Shown: positions 1 to 9,509 of the stretch, in pieces | Numbering within the stretch: the first letter of the stretch is position 1 | Layout of the letters: each line of letters starts with the position of its first letter | IMG/VR virus record: IMGVR_UViG_3300047322_001237 | Location: 62,001 to 126,000 of that record | Length of the DNA: 64,000 nucleotides | Reading direction: 5' to 3' (one strand) | Translations under genes and position numbers: made by a program | The notes under the pieces: model-generated | Databases searched by the model: none | What the model was told of the DNA's origin: nothing | Seen by the model: only the letters and a program-made list of their open reading frames with translations

Positions 1-459
1 AGCGCATCCGGTTGTGGACGCCGGGACGTTGTTGCAATAGGTGTCCCAGAGGCTGTTCACACGGATGCGACTGATCGCATTGGATTCGGCTTGTGCTGCG
101 CTGGCGGAAACGGGTTGACCTGCTACCGGCTCGTACTTCTTCTTGACGACTGCGATCTGAGCGTCCGCTTTGACGTCGACGGCGACCTGCGACGCCGCGG
201 TCGCAGCCTTCGCCTGGACATCGTCGGTCACAACCTGGTCGTTGACCTTCTCGGATTTCTTGGCGACGTCGAGCTGGCCCTTGAGGTTGTCGTTGGCGGA
301 CGTCAGGTCTTTGATCTGCTGCGTGGACTTGCCGGCCGCCTCAGTCAAGGACTTCACCTGGTGCGCCTCGTAGACACCAAAGGCGATCAGTCCCGCAACG
401 ACGACAGCGATGGCGGTACCGATGATGGCGGTTGCGTATTCCTTCACTTGGTCAAGCAT
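1..459 (-). CDS. Rz-like inner-membrane spanin candidate (3' end runs off window)
   Basis: Not in ORF track. ATG at 459 behind GGAGG: MLDQVKEYATAIIGTAIAVVVAGLIAFGVY (one N-terminal TM helix), then a long Ala/Lys/Asp coiled-coil and C-terminal LWDTYC..C; overlaps the RuvC stop. Confidence 0.5.
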   Translation of the reverse strand, partial: MLDQVKEYATAIIGTAIAVVVAGLIAFGVYEAHQVKSLTEAAGKSTQQIKDLTSANDNLKGQLDVAKKSEKVNDQVVTDDVQAKAATAASQVAVDVKADAQIAVVKKKYEPVAGQPVSASAAQAESNAISRIRVNSLWDTYCNNVPASTTGCA

Positions 460-1031
460 AGTTCCTCCAGATGGGCTCGCCAGCGGCCGTACGCCACTGC
501 CAGTGCATCGACAGAGTGTTCGTCGAGACGAGCGATTGGGATGTCCCCGTTGTATTGCAGATCGGGAAGTTTCATGAGCGCTTCCTTGACCTTCTCCTTA
601 TCCGCATTGCCGGATGCGCCGACTGCTTTTTTCACGGACGGGGGATCAATCAGGTACAGGGGCTTCCACATGTCGTAACGCATGACCGCACTACGAATCG
701 CGCAGATGACTTCGGTCAGTGCGCCGTATGCCTGTGGACGCCGCATGCTCATGAACGGGGACTCGGACGCGATCATGTACGGACTCACATTCACGAAGAG
801 ACGAAGCAGCTCGTCCTCCAATGATGAAATGCGGCCGATACGATCGCCGAACAACTCGGCTGTCCACAACTCTTTGGAGAGTCGATCGCCGTGATAGGTC
901 TTCGCGGAACTCGCGATGATCTTCATGATGGACAGATCGACCCAGAGAATCGAAGTACCCAGGCAGTTGCTGCCCGGGTCGATTCCGATGATGGAGATGA
1001 TGGATGCCGAATGCGCGGGCATTCTGAGCAT
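444..1031 (-). CDS. ruvC: Holliday junction resolvase RuvC
   Basis: IIGIDPGS (catalytic D), SESPF (E), VKKAV..G.ADKE and DEHSVDALAVAY motifs of RuvC. Confidence 0.9.
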   Translation of the reverse strand: MLRMPAHSASIISIIGIDPGSNCLGTSILWVDLSIMKIIASSAKTYHGDRLSKELWTAELFGDRIGRISSLEDELLRLFVNVSPYMIASESPFMSMRRPQAYGALTEVICAIRSAVMRYDMWKPLYLIDPPSVKKAVGASGNADKEKVKEALMKLPDLQYNGDIPIARLDEHSVDALAVAYGRWRAHLEELCLTK

Positions 1032-1045
1032 CGTGACTCCAGTGC

Positions 1046-1891
1046 TTACGCCGAGACCAGGTTGAACAGCGGCTCGGTCGAACCCACGTTCAGGTTGATC
1101 GTCGTGCCGTTGTTCTGATAGTTCATCGGCACGAAGGTATCGATGAACGAGCAGATCTGGGCGCAGATGACTTCGTTCATGTTGAACGAGCCACCGCTTG
1201 CCGGGACCGACACCACATCGTCCACGCCCGAGACCATGCCGATCTCCGAGATGATGGCGTAGCGCGGATCACCGTAGATAATGTTCGCGCAGTTCACCAG
1301 CTCGGCCGCGTCCTGAGCGCTGAACGACAGACCCACGACAGCGGCCGCCGACAGGTAGTCACCTGACACTACGTTGACGGAGCCGTTCGCCACCGTGGGC
1401 GCCGTCGGGTTCAAGTTCGACGAGTTCGCGCTGTACGGCGTCGTGGTCGTGTTGCCACCCGAGACCGTGTTCAGGTTGATCTGCGCAGCCACACCCGTAT
1501 AGTCGATGCGGCGCAGGAAGTAGCACGCGTAAGCGATGCCACCGTACGTGATCACCTGACGCAGTGCGTACTGAGCCATCTGGCTCGCCGACAGGTCCGA
1601 GCTCACCGGACGCATGATGAACGGCAGGTGATTGTAGAGCGCTGCGTCCGTTGCTTCGTGCTGAATCGGGGAGGGTGCCGCGATGCCGTCGGAGCCAGCC
1701 GTGATGGTGTGTCCGCCGTTGCCGATGCAGTAGTAGCGTTGCGCCGGCAGGACGCTTGAAGCGGGTGCGACGCCCGCCTGAATCCCAAACTTCTCGTTAA
1801 GCGTCGAGTTCGGCATCATGGTGAAGGGCAGCTTCTGCAGCAGACACGTTTGCAGATACGCGCCCCAAGCGGTGCGAGTGGAGTTCTCCAT
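1046..1891 (-). CDS. phiKZ-like virion structural (tail/baseplate) protein
   Basis: 281 aa; STRTAWGAYLQT...TLNEK and YYCIGNGGH pattern recalled from jumbo-phage virion proteins; lies in the portal/baseplate block. Confidence 0.6.
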   Translation of the reverse strand: MENSTRTAWGAYLQTCLLQKLPFTMMPNSTLNEKFGIQAGVAPASSVLPAQRYYCIGNGGHTITAGSDGIAAPSPIQHEATDAALYNHLPFIMRPVSSDLSASQMAQYALRQVITYGGIAYACYFLRRIDYTGVAAQINLNTVSGGNTTTTPYSANSSNLNPTAPTVANGSVNVVSGDYLSAAAVVGLSFSAQDAAELVNCANIIYGDPRYAIISEIGMVSGVDDVVSVPASGGSFNMNEVICAQICSFIDTFVPMNYQNNGTTINLNVGSTEPLFNLVSA

Positions 1892-1971
1892 TTGGAATCC
1901 TTAATTAATCAGAAAATGACTTAGACTGAATCCCTCACAGGATTCGTTTTCGGACGATCAATTTTTTAATG

Positions 1972-4287
1972 TCAACTCGTCGGAGGCGAGTAAACAAGTC
2001 CGCTCAAGGTCGTGGTCGGCCAGAGCTTGGCCATCTGCTTCATTGGCGTGGAGGACGTGTTGTAGTTCGGTGCGTAGACGCTGACAAGCGACTCAAGCTG
2101 ATTGGCTGGTGATAAATCCAACCACGTCTCAAGACCGATCACGGGAGGCACGCCGCGGTCATTTTCCTGCAGGGGCGTAACAGGCGACGGGTGCACACCT
2201 GACGCAAAAAGCATCTCGGTAATGATGAGCGGGTCTTTTGCGGGCACTGTGTCGATCGCAGCATGGTCCATCTTGTCAATCACGGACGACTCGTAGAGGA
2301 AGTTGGTCGTGGCAGCGTTGACGTCGTAGGAGGTCGATGCTTTGCCTTGTTCGCCAATATCCAGGACTTCGGCCACGGTGTCGGACTCGTACAGCATCAT
2401 CGCGCCGGCGTTCGTTACATCGCCAATACGAACCATGGGCCAGTCGATGTCTTTGATCGCGTTGTCGTTGATCTCTGAGAGGAACTGCACGCTGTAGCTC
2501 GATAGACGTTGCATCATCGAGACCATTGCCTTCTGGATGTTCGCGAGCGTGTTCGACGAGCTCAGATCCAGACCCGTAGCGGCTTCGACGAGGGACTGAT
2601 AGAGCAGCTCGTAGTCGCTGGCCGAGAAAATCGTCAAGTCGATGTTGCGCAGCTTGAACCACTCTGCGTAGGTCTGGTTCGCACCGTCCCCGAGTTGGAT
2701 CATGTTGTCGGAATACAGCCGCTCCACCATCCCGTAGACCATCCCGCGCCTAACCGCATGCTCCTGAAACGCGACCAGATTGCGCTGGGTGTTCGCCGCG
2801 GCATAGATTGACTGCGCCGTCGATACGAATGCGTCGACCGAAATCATCGGCTGGATCACCGGCTGATAAGAGATGGCCTGCTGGGCAATATCTTGTGTAA
2901 CCAGCTTCTTGTCGACCACTGACATCAGGTCAGCGACACCCGGTGTCGGTATGCGCTGCACGCGTTTGGCGAGCACGGCCGGCACCGGCTTATCGGTCAG
3001 GTCAACGCCGATTGACTGGCTGTAGCAGTACCACATGAAGACGTACCCATCCTTCGCGTTGATCGGTACGATCGGCTCGCCCGTCACCGGATTGTCGACC
3101 ACCAAGAACGCGGTGTACCAGTCCTTGCTGCTAAACAGCAGCCAGTGGTTCATCAGGATGTCTTCGATGGTGTACGGCGTCGAGTTCGACATGTCCAGCA
3201 TCGCGGAGTTGAGCACCTTCGTCTGCAACTGATTCGAAAGTGAGTTCTCCATGTCCTCGAGGATCTCCCCTTGGACGTCCACCTGGATGAGGGCATTGTC
3301 GGTGGCCGCGGTCTGCTCGTAGCTGAGCATCTCGTCGAGCGTCCAAGTCGTCTCCGGCAACAGGTTGTATCCGAAGTTGAGGGGATTTGACTCGAACGCG
3401 ATCGTCGGGTAGAGCGCATTGGGCATCAGCGACAGATCGTGCTTCATCAGGTACGCCGCAAGCGGGATGTTCCGATCGGTCAGCAGCTTCTGAATCAGCG
3501 TCTTGAACGTCGACTGCTTGCCGACGTTGCGCTCGATGTAGTTGATGTTCCGGTACAGCCACAGTGACTGCTCAAGCGTCATGTGATCCAGGAACTGATC
3601 AAGACCGAGATGGGAGGCGAGGTACTGCTGAACGTGGTAGCTGTGCGCCTCCGCCGTCCCACACGCTTCCTCACGGAAGTTGATGACCGCCATGAGGATG
3701 CCGTAGTACATGTTCGCGAGCTGGATCGTCGGATACAGCTCATCGCTGATTGCGTACTGCGGGTTGATCCACCGCGCTTTGAACCCATAGATCCAGCGCT
3801 GCAGCTTCTCCATCAGGCTGTACTCGTTGCGCTCAACGTAGGTCGTCGGGTAACCGAGGATCTGACCATCCTTCGCAGCGATCGCTGTGTCGATGTCGAC
3901 CGGATAAAGAATCCCGAGGATGAGCGATGCCTGACGCGGGTACTGCTGAACCAACGCCTTGTAGCTGCGCGTTCCGAACTGATAAGCCTCGGCAGTCGCT
4001 GTGTGCAGCTTCAGATTGTCCGCAGTGAAGTCGATCTGCTCGAGCGTATCGAGCGATGTCACCTGCATAACGGTATCGGAAAAATGATACTGGCCCGAGA
4101 CATTCATGTAGTACTTCCACGAAGTCGGGTCCGTCTCATCCACCGCCGATGGTCCGTAGTAGTCCGTCACGTACTGATTCAGGCCATTCACGCTTTCCAT
4201 TGATTTCACGGAAATCGTCTGTGCCAAAGCCATGCACTGACTGATGTAAACCGCGTACTCGTTTGAATTTGAATTGGTGGATGCCAC
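1972..4287 (-). CDS. phiKZ gp128-like baseplate/virion structural protein
   Basis: The true start is probably GTG at 4287 (GGGGAC RBS), not 5385, whose extension is antisense to the portal gene. WKYYMNVSG.YH..D..M.V.SLDTLE.I.FT and LWLYRNI.YI..N.GK motifs; divergent from the portal gene. Confidence 0.7.
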   Translation of the reverse strand: MASTNSNSNEYAVYISQCMALAQTISVKSMESVNGLNQYVTDYYGPSAVDETDPTSWKYYMNVSGQYHFSDTVMQVTSLDTLEQIDFTADNLKLHTATAEAYQFGTRSYKALVQQYPRQASLILGILYPVDIDTAIAAKDGQILGYPTTYVERNEYSLMEKLQRWIYGFKARWINPQYAISDELYPTIQLANMYYGILMAVINFREEACGTAEAHSYHVQQYLASHLGLDQFLDHMTLEQSLWLYRNINYIERNVGKQSTFKTLIQKLLTDRNIPLAAYLMKHDLSLMPNALYPTIAFESNPLNFGYNLLPETTWTLDEMLSYEQTAATDNALIQVDVQGEILEDMENSLSNQLQTKVLNSAMLDMSNSTPYTIEDILMNHWLLFSSKDWYTAFLVVDNPVTGEPIVPINAKDGYVFMWYCYSQSIGVDLTDKPVPAVLAKRVQRIPTPGVADLMSVVDKKLVTQDIAQQAISYQPVIQPMISVDAFVSTAQSIYAAANTQRNLVAFQEHAVRRGMVYGMVERLYSDNMIQLGDGANQTYAEWFKLRNIDLTIFSASDYELLYQSLVEAATGLDLSSSNTLANIQKAMVSMMQRLSSYSVQFLSEINDNAIKDIDWPMVRIGDVTNAGAMMLYESDTVAEVLDIGEQGKASTSYDVNAATTNFLYESSVIDKMDHAAIDTVPAKDPLIITEMLFASGVHPSPVTPLQENDRGVPPVIGLETWLDLSPANQLESLVSVYAPNYNTSSTPMKQMAKLWPTTTLSGLVYSPPTS

Positions 4288-4320
4288 GATGTCCCCAGGA
4301 AACAAAAAGAGGTGTAACAG

Positions 4321-7300
4321 ATGACGCAGAAAGCCTATAAGAGAGCCATTGAATTGGCTGGCACCGGGAAAAAGTTTCCGGTGATGCAATTGGTTCGGCA
4401 GGACCCGGGGATGGCGGCAACCATTGCCAAGCTGATTCCCTCGCAGCATCCCGTGCAATATGGCCATGACGGGAACCGCGAGACCACGCAACCGAATCTC
4501 TACAACTTCCGCAATACGGCGGAGCAGACGGCACAAAACGTCAATGACGCTGAAACCGTCATGCAGCTGCTGCCGGACATGGAGTTGGCGCAGCAGATTC
4601 TGGTTTCGAGCGTGGGTTCGCCGAAAGACATGATGTCGCTCGAGCTGACATATACGCCGCCGGAAGGACTCATGGCGCCCGATGTCAGCGCGGCCATGAT
4701 CGAGCGGTTCCGTCAGCATTTCGAGACGGTCCATAAAATAAAGCCGCTCATTCCCAAGATGTTGCGGGACATGCTCTTCGCTACCGGCTCGTATCCGATC
4801 GCGGTCATCCCGGAAAATTCGATTGACGAGATCATCAATGGACAGCAGCGCTTGTCGATGGAGGCGCTCTCTGAGCACATCTACTCGGACGGCACGATGA
4901 AGTCCGTGGGCCTGCTCGGACCAGCGGTTAAGGCGAAGCCAACTCAGCCGCGCCGCGCCGGCGTTTCGTTGGAGTCGTTCGCCGACTACAACTACGACAC
5001 GAACAAGGAGATGGGGGACGTCCGCTTTGAGCTGAGCCTGAAGCAACCGCTGCCGCCGGATGAGACGTTCTTGACCATCACCGACAACCCGTCCGTCCTG
5101 AAGATCCCCCAGATCAACCAGAAGATTCGTGAGCAGCGGATCTTCGGCGCGATGGGCAGCCGTGCGCTGGAATCGATCGGTCTCGGAAAGACATCTCAGG
5201 CGCATCGCTTGTCGGATCGTGAGCTGACCGGGATGCTTTACAAGAATCGGACGTTCGGCTATCAGCCCGTCGCGACCTTGAAGACGCAGGAGCAGCTTTC
5301 CCGCAATACGGTCGGCAACCCGATGGTGCTTCACATTCCGTCGGAAGCGGTGATCCCCGTTCACGTTCCGGGCTCGCCGCGACACCAGATCGGCTTCTTC
5401 GTGTTGCTAGATATGGACGGCCATCCGGTCGTGCGTCAGGAAATCACTGACCATTACCAGCAGCAAGCGCAGCGTATGTCGACGTCGGGTTCGTTCCCGT
5501 CAGCGATGCTCACGAAGGTCAAGAGCCAGATGAACGGCTTCGATCTGAGCAACAAGGACCACCTGGATTTCAGCTCACGCGTCTATGGCGAGATGGTCGA
5601 GCAGGATCTGCTGGCACGTCTGCGCAACGGCGCCTATGGCAACGGCGTGGAGCTGGCTAAACGGGAAGAGATCTACCGGATCATGTTCTCGCGCGCGCTT
5701 GCGAAGCAGCACACGCAGCTGCTGTTCATCCCGGCCGAATTCATGACGTACTTCGCGTTGCGATTCAGCAAGGACGGTATCGGCACCTCGTTGCTCGACG
5801 AGATGAAGATCCTGAACAGTCTGCGCTCGATGCTGCTCTTCGCCAACGTCATGGCCGGCATCAAGAACTCCATCGGCCGCACGGAAGTGAAGCTCAAGTT
5901 CGACGAGGACGATCCGAACCCGGAAAAATCCGCCGAGAACGCGATCCACGAGATCATCCGGTCGCGCCAGAACTTCCTGCCGCTGGGCGTGAACTCGCCC
6001 GCTGAAGTGGTCGACTTCATCACGCGAGCTGGCTTCGAATTCACGTTCGAAGGTCATCCGGGCATGCCTGACGTGTCCGTGGACTTCGGCGAGAAGAACT
6101 CGAACTACGTCCGGCCGGACACCGATCTGGAAGACAGTCTGCGCAAGCGGGCGATCATGAAGACCGGTATTCCGCCGGAAACGGTCGATGCGGCCTGGCA
6201 GCCGGAATTGGCCACGTCGGTCGTCACGAACAACATCCTGATGTCGAAGCGCGTCATGCAGATTCAGGACGAGTTCCATCCTCAGTTGGCATCGCACATG
6301 CGGATCCACGCCATGAACTCCGAGGAGCTGATGAGCGATCTCACGCAGATTCTGCGCGAGAACTTCTCGAAGCTGCGCCTGACGAATGACGATCGCGATG
6401 ATGCGAAGGGCAAGACCGCCCTGAGCCGTCAACAGAAGGCAGGTATCCCGATTGTCGACGAGAAGCAGCAGAACGGGAAGAACTTCACGGAGGAGCAGAA
6501 GGAGTTCCTGATTCAGCAAGTCTTGCGGGAATTCCTCATGAACGTGGAAGTCTCGCTTCCGCGCCCGAACTCTTCGACGCTCGAGAACCAGGTAACGGCG
6601 TTGGAGACATACGTGAAGGCGCTGGACATGGCGCTCGACGCATGGCTGTCGGAGAAGTTCTTCACGTCCGATACAGGCGGCGACGTTGCTGCGAAGATCG
6701 AGGTGTTGAAGGAAACCGCGAAGGCCTACTACGTCCGCCAGTGGATGTCCGAGAACGGGATGCTTACCGAACTTGCACAGCTCACAACGACGGGCGAAGA
6801 TGGCAAACCGGTGGTCGACGTGTTCAAGGTGCAAGCCGATCATATCGAGCAGCTGCAGAAGACCTTCGGCGACTTCTTCAAGACGCTCGTCCCGGCTACG
6901 AATCGTGCGAACGACAAGTACCAGGCGGCAGTCAAGAAGAGCAACACGCAGGAGGGCGGCTCGTCCTATTCGTCGGATACGGACAGCTCGTCGGGCGGCG
7001 GCACGGATGACTTCGGATTCGGTGGCGGCGACACTGGCGATGGAAATGGTGGCGGCGGTGGTGACGATGATCTGAATGGCGGCATGCCGGACTTCGGTGG
7101 CGGCGGTGGCGACACCGACACTAACGATACGGGTGCCGGTTCGGACAACAACACCGAATCCAACACTGAGACCAATCCCACGGACGAGAACTCTGAATCC
7201 AACTTGAACGGTGAGAACAACGACACCAACAAGGAAGAGGATAAGGAATCGAAGCCGGAGGACAACAAGTCGTCGGACGAAGAGAAGGACAAGGACGAGA

Positions 7301-7374
7301 AGAAGGATAAGGAAGACGAGAAAGACAAGGACAAGGACGCTGATAAGAAGGACAGCGCCTCGCCCAGCATCTGA
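4321..7374 (+). CDS. portal protein candidate (phiKZ gp129-like) with acidic low-complexity C-terminal tail
   Basis: 1017 aa; LLPDMELAQQILVSS..SPKDM and D.G.P motifs, SME/SLE/ALE cleavage-type sites, position in the conserved MCP-nvRNAP-portal block. Confidence 0.65.
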   Translation: MTQKAYKRAIELAGTGKKFPVMQLVRQDPGMAATIAKLIPSQHPVQYGHDGNRETTQPNLYNFRNTAEQTAQNVNDAETVMQLLPDMELAQQILVSSVGSPKDMMSLELTYTPPEGLMAPDVSAAMIERFRQHFETVHKIKPLIPKMLRDMLFATGSYPIAVIPENSIDEIINGQQRLSMEALSEHIYSDGTMKSVGLLGPAVKAKPTQPRRAGVSLESFADYNYDTNKEMGDVRFELSLKQPLPPDETFLTITDNPSVLKIPQINQKIREQRIFGAMGSRALESIGLGKTSQAHRLSDRELTGMLYKNRTFGYQPVATLKTQEQLSRNTVGNPMVLHIPSEAVIPVHVPGSPRHQIGFFVLLDMDGHPVVRQEITDHYQQQAQRMSTSGSFPSAMLTKVKSQMNGFDLSNKDHLDFSSRVYGEMVEQDLLARLRNGAYGNGVELAKREEIYRIMFSRALAKQHTQLLFIPAEFMTYFALRFSKDGIGTSLLDEMKILNSLRSMLLFANVMAGIKNSIGRTEVKLKFDEDDPNPEKSAENAIHEIIRSRQNFLPLGVNSPAEVVDFITRAGFEFTFEGHPGMPDVSVDFGEKNSNYVRPDTDLEDSLRKRAIMKTGIPPETVDAAWQPELATSVVTNNILMSKRVMQIQDEFHPQLASHMRIHAMNSEELMSDLTQILRENFSKLRLTNDDRDDAKGKTALSRQQKAGIPIVDEKQQNGKNFTEEQKEFLIQQVLREFLMNVEVSLPRPNSSTLENQVTALETYVKALDMALDAWLSEKFFTSDTGGDVAAKIEVLKETAKAYYVRQWMSENGMLTELAQLTTTGEDGKPVVDVFKVQADHIEQLQKTFGDFFKTLVPATNRANDKYQAAVKKSNTQEGGSSYSSDTDSSSGGGTDDFGFGGGDTGDGNGGGGGDDDLNGGMPDFGGGGGDTDTNDTGAGSDNNTESNTETNPTDENSESNLNGENNDTNKEEDKESKPEDNKSSDEEKDKDEKKDKEDEKDKDKDADKKDSASPSI

Positions 7375-7402
7375 TCGGAACCAAAAAAAATAGATCGACC
7401 TT

Positions 7403-7452
7403 GCGGCATAAAGCCCAGACCCCCGAAAGGAGGTCTGGGCGATTATGCCGTC
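7403..7452. terminator. bidirectional hairpin flanked by GGCATAA / TTATGCC
   Basis: gcggcataa-agcccagacc...ggtctgggc-gattatgccgtc between convergent genes. Confidence 0.8.
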
Positions 7453-7453
7453 T

Positions 7454-7771
7454 TCAGAGCCTGAATTCGATCGCGGTCCGGCAGTGCAAATGCTCGCTGT
7501 CTAGACTCGTGAGTGAGAACCTTGCCATCTTGATCTGCAAGACTTTAAGTCCTTTGCAGAACGTGAGCCAGCTCATCGCGGGACTTGCGAGCTCCCGGTA
7601 GAGCACCGAACGGGCATGCGCTTGCACCATGGGCACAGCGGGGATACCGTGCTCCGGATCAGCGATGTACTCGTCGAGCAGCTGGTTGTAGCGCTGTTCG
7701 TCGATATGCAGGTTATGAAGAAGCTGACGAAACTGCTGGGACAGGATTACTTCCGGATAAATGTCTTCCAT
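7454..7771 (-). CDS. hypothetical protein
   Basis: 105 aa ORF bounded by terminators, phage-like codon use. Confidence 0.65.
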   Translation of the reverse strand: MEDIYPEVILSQQFRQLLHNLHIDEQRYNQLLDEYIADPEHGIPAVPMVQAHARSVLYRELASPAMSWLTFCKGLKVLQIKMARFSLTSLDSEHLHCRTAIEFRL

Positions 7772-7785
7772 TGGTTGTCCGGGTT

Positions 7786-7828
7786 GAATAAAAAAGCCCA
7801 GGTCATGGACCTGGGCGCTTATGCCGTC
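7786..7828 (-). terminator. intrinsic terminator with TTATGCCGTC on the opposite flank
   Basis: gcccaggtc-atg-gacctgggc hairpin followed by TTTTTTATT on the minus strand. Confidence 0.8.
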
Positions 7829-7843
7829 AGCTCGGGAGCAGAC

Positions 7844-8221
7844 TTAGAACGGGGCGTCTTCAATGACCGGTTCGTCGCTCGACTCTGCGCTGGGCTCGAC
7901 TGCGGCGTCGGTCGTGCCGTAGACGATGCGACCGATGTCGAGATTGTCCGGGTTGTCACACATCTTCAGGACGTCGTCGGCGTGGGCGTTCTGCTTAACC
8001 GTGATCGGCGTATCGAAGATGGTCGGACGGTCAGCGCGCAGCACGTCGAGCAGCGAGGGGATTTCGCCGACGACAGCCTCCGTGTTGCCTTCCGGCGAAT
8101 GCACCGTGACTTCCGTGAAGCCGGCTTCCGACAGCGCGTGCTGAACGACCCCGTACACGACTGCGTTCACTTCAACCGGGCCACCTTGAACGATGACTTC
8201 GAGGGCGTCTTTTTGGGACAT
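7844..8221 (-). CDS. hypothetical acidic protein
   Basis: 125 aa ORF with AAGGA RBS. Confidence 0.7.
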   Translation of the reverse strand: MSQKDALEVIVQGGPVEVNAVVYGVVQHALSEAGFTEVTVHSPEGNTEAVVGEIPSLLDVLRADRPTIFDTPITVKQNAHADDVLKMCDNPDNLDIGRIVYGTTDAAVEPSAESSDEPVIEDAPF

Positions 8222-8285
8222 GATGCGTTCCTTGGTCTAAGGGTGGTACAACGAAGAAGGGCGTATCGATGCGAATACGCCCGGA

Positions 8286-8408
8286 TTAGGCGAAGCGCAG
8301 GCCTTTCCGGTAGGCGCGGCCGCGTCTTGCTTGCCGGCGTACCCATTGGGTGTTAGCGCTGCGCATTTCGGGCGTCTTGGTACGCCGCTTGATGAATCGA
8401 ATCTTCAC
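8286..8408 (-). CDS. small very basic protein (40 aa)
   Basis: GTG at 8408 directly after the upstream TGA (TGAcGTG); MKIRFIKRRTKTPEMRSANTQWVRRQARRGRAYRKGLRFA. Confidence 0.45.
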   Translation of the reverse strand: MKIRFIKRRTKTPEMRSANTQWVRRQARRGRAYRKGLRFA

Positions 8409-8409
8409 G

Positions 8410-8682
8410 TCAGACAGCCTTCCACGGCTGGGGCTCGATCTCGACGCCGAGATGCTTGGCGTAGCCGTTGCCGATGAAGTCTGCGTCCTTCTCTTCTGCG
8501 ACGTCTGCCACCCACATTGCTTCGGCGTTGGGCTTGCGCAGGTAGACGGCCCAGCCTTCCGTTTCGGCAGTCGGACCTTCGGGCTGGGCGAGGACGTCGT
8601 AGGTGCCGTCGACGCTCTTCCACGGCAAGACCTGCACGCTGATGATGTTGTCGGGATTGTTGGTTGCTTGTGCTGTGGACAT
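8410..8682 (-). CDS. hypothetical protein
   Basis: 90 aa ORF with AAGGA RBS. Confidence 0.7.
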   Translation of the reverse strand: MSTAQATNNPDNIISVQVLPWKSVDGTYDVLAQPEGPTAETEGWAVYLRKPNAEAMWVADVAEEKDADFIGNGYAKHLGVEIEPQPWKAV

Positions 8683-8728
8683 CTTGTTTTCCTTGTTAGA
8701 AGCGAGAGCGCGGCTCCCTCATAAGTTT

Positions 8729-9253
8729 TCACGCAGCGGAGGAGTTGATGCCAACCAGCGGCGGGATGCGGAAAAGCATGTCGCCCCCCACGAGACGCTG
8801 GAAGAGAAATACGAAACGCCGGCTGCCGTTACGATCGGGTCGACTGAAGCAACCTGTCCGTTCAATCACGTTGTAGACGCCCATGCCCAACTTGAACACC
8901 GCCTCCTTGAGTCGACTGAAGTCAGCCGCTGCTTGGCTAACGCTGTGATACTCGCTATCGTCAGCGAGGTCGACTTCTTGAGTGGGGCGCAGGTAACGCA
9001 GCCCGTGCGGAGTTCGATCGAACTGGGGGATCTTCACGCGATCGAGGCGCGGCAGCAATTTGAGATTGTGCTCGATGCCGTCGATCTGGTCGCCGTAGAC
9101 CATGATGGGAATCATGATCTCGTGCAGAAGCTGAACGACAAACTCGTCGCTGAAAACCATTCCTTGGGTGTTGTTGCGGAAATCGTTGACGAGAGATGCG
9201 GTGGGAAGAATGAGGTGATCCGGGTAATGAGGCTCCTGCGGAGAGGGGATCAT
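8729..9253 (-). CDS. hypothetical protein (conserved jumbo-phage type)
   Basis: 174 aa ORF in the minus-strand operon. Confidence 0.7.
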   Translation of the reverse strand: MIPSPQEPHYPDHLILPTASLVNDFRNNTQGMVFSDEFVVQLLHEIMIPIMVYGDQIDGIEHNLKLLPRLDRVKIPQFDRTPHGLRYLRPTQEVDLADDSEYHSVSQAAADFSRLKEAVFKLGMGVYNVIERTGCFSRPDRNGSRRFVFLFQRLVGGDMLFRIPPLVGINSSAA

Positions 9254-9268
9254 GGTCGTTCCGTTTGG

Positions 9269-9451
9269 TCAGTGAGGCCACACGAGATAACGCTGCTTGC
9301 AGCATGAGCACGACTCTTTCGTAGGACCATCGACGTGAGAAGGGTTAGCGTCGAGGAGGGTGCGTGCCCCGCATAGCGTGCAAGTCGTCTGGTAGTCCTC
9401 GGAAGCGAGGATGTCCTTGACCGGCTCTTTGCTTCTGTCTGTTTGGCTCAT
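9269..9451 (-). CDS. small Zn-ribbon protein
   Basis: Probable start MSQTDRS; CTLC ... CSCC motif pair. Confidence 0.5.
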   Translation of the reverse strand: MSQTDRSKEPVKDILASEDYQTTCTLCGARTLLDANPSHVDGPTKESCSCCKQRYLVWPH

Positions 9452-9509
9452 GACGGTTCGAATCCAGACGGCATACGGTGGGGAGCGAGTGCCCCCCACA
9501 CGCAACGCC

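Noticed and set aside
4288-5385. N-terminal 366-aa extension of ORF 1972..5385
   Set aside because: It is the antisense frame of the portal gene. The protein reads naturally only from GTG 4287.
7000-7350. Short tandem GGC/GAC/AAG repeats
   Set aside because: Explained by low-complexity protein coding. Not a CRISPR array or a DNA repeat element. No regularly spaced direct repeats or cas genes were seen anywhere in the window.
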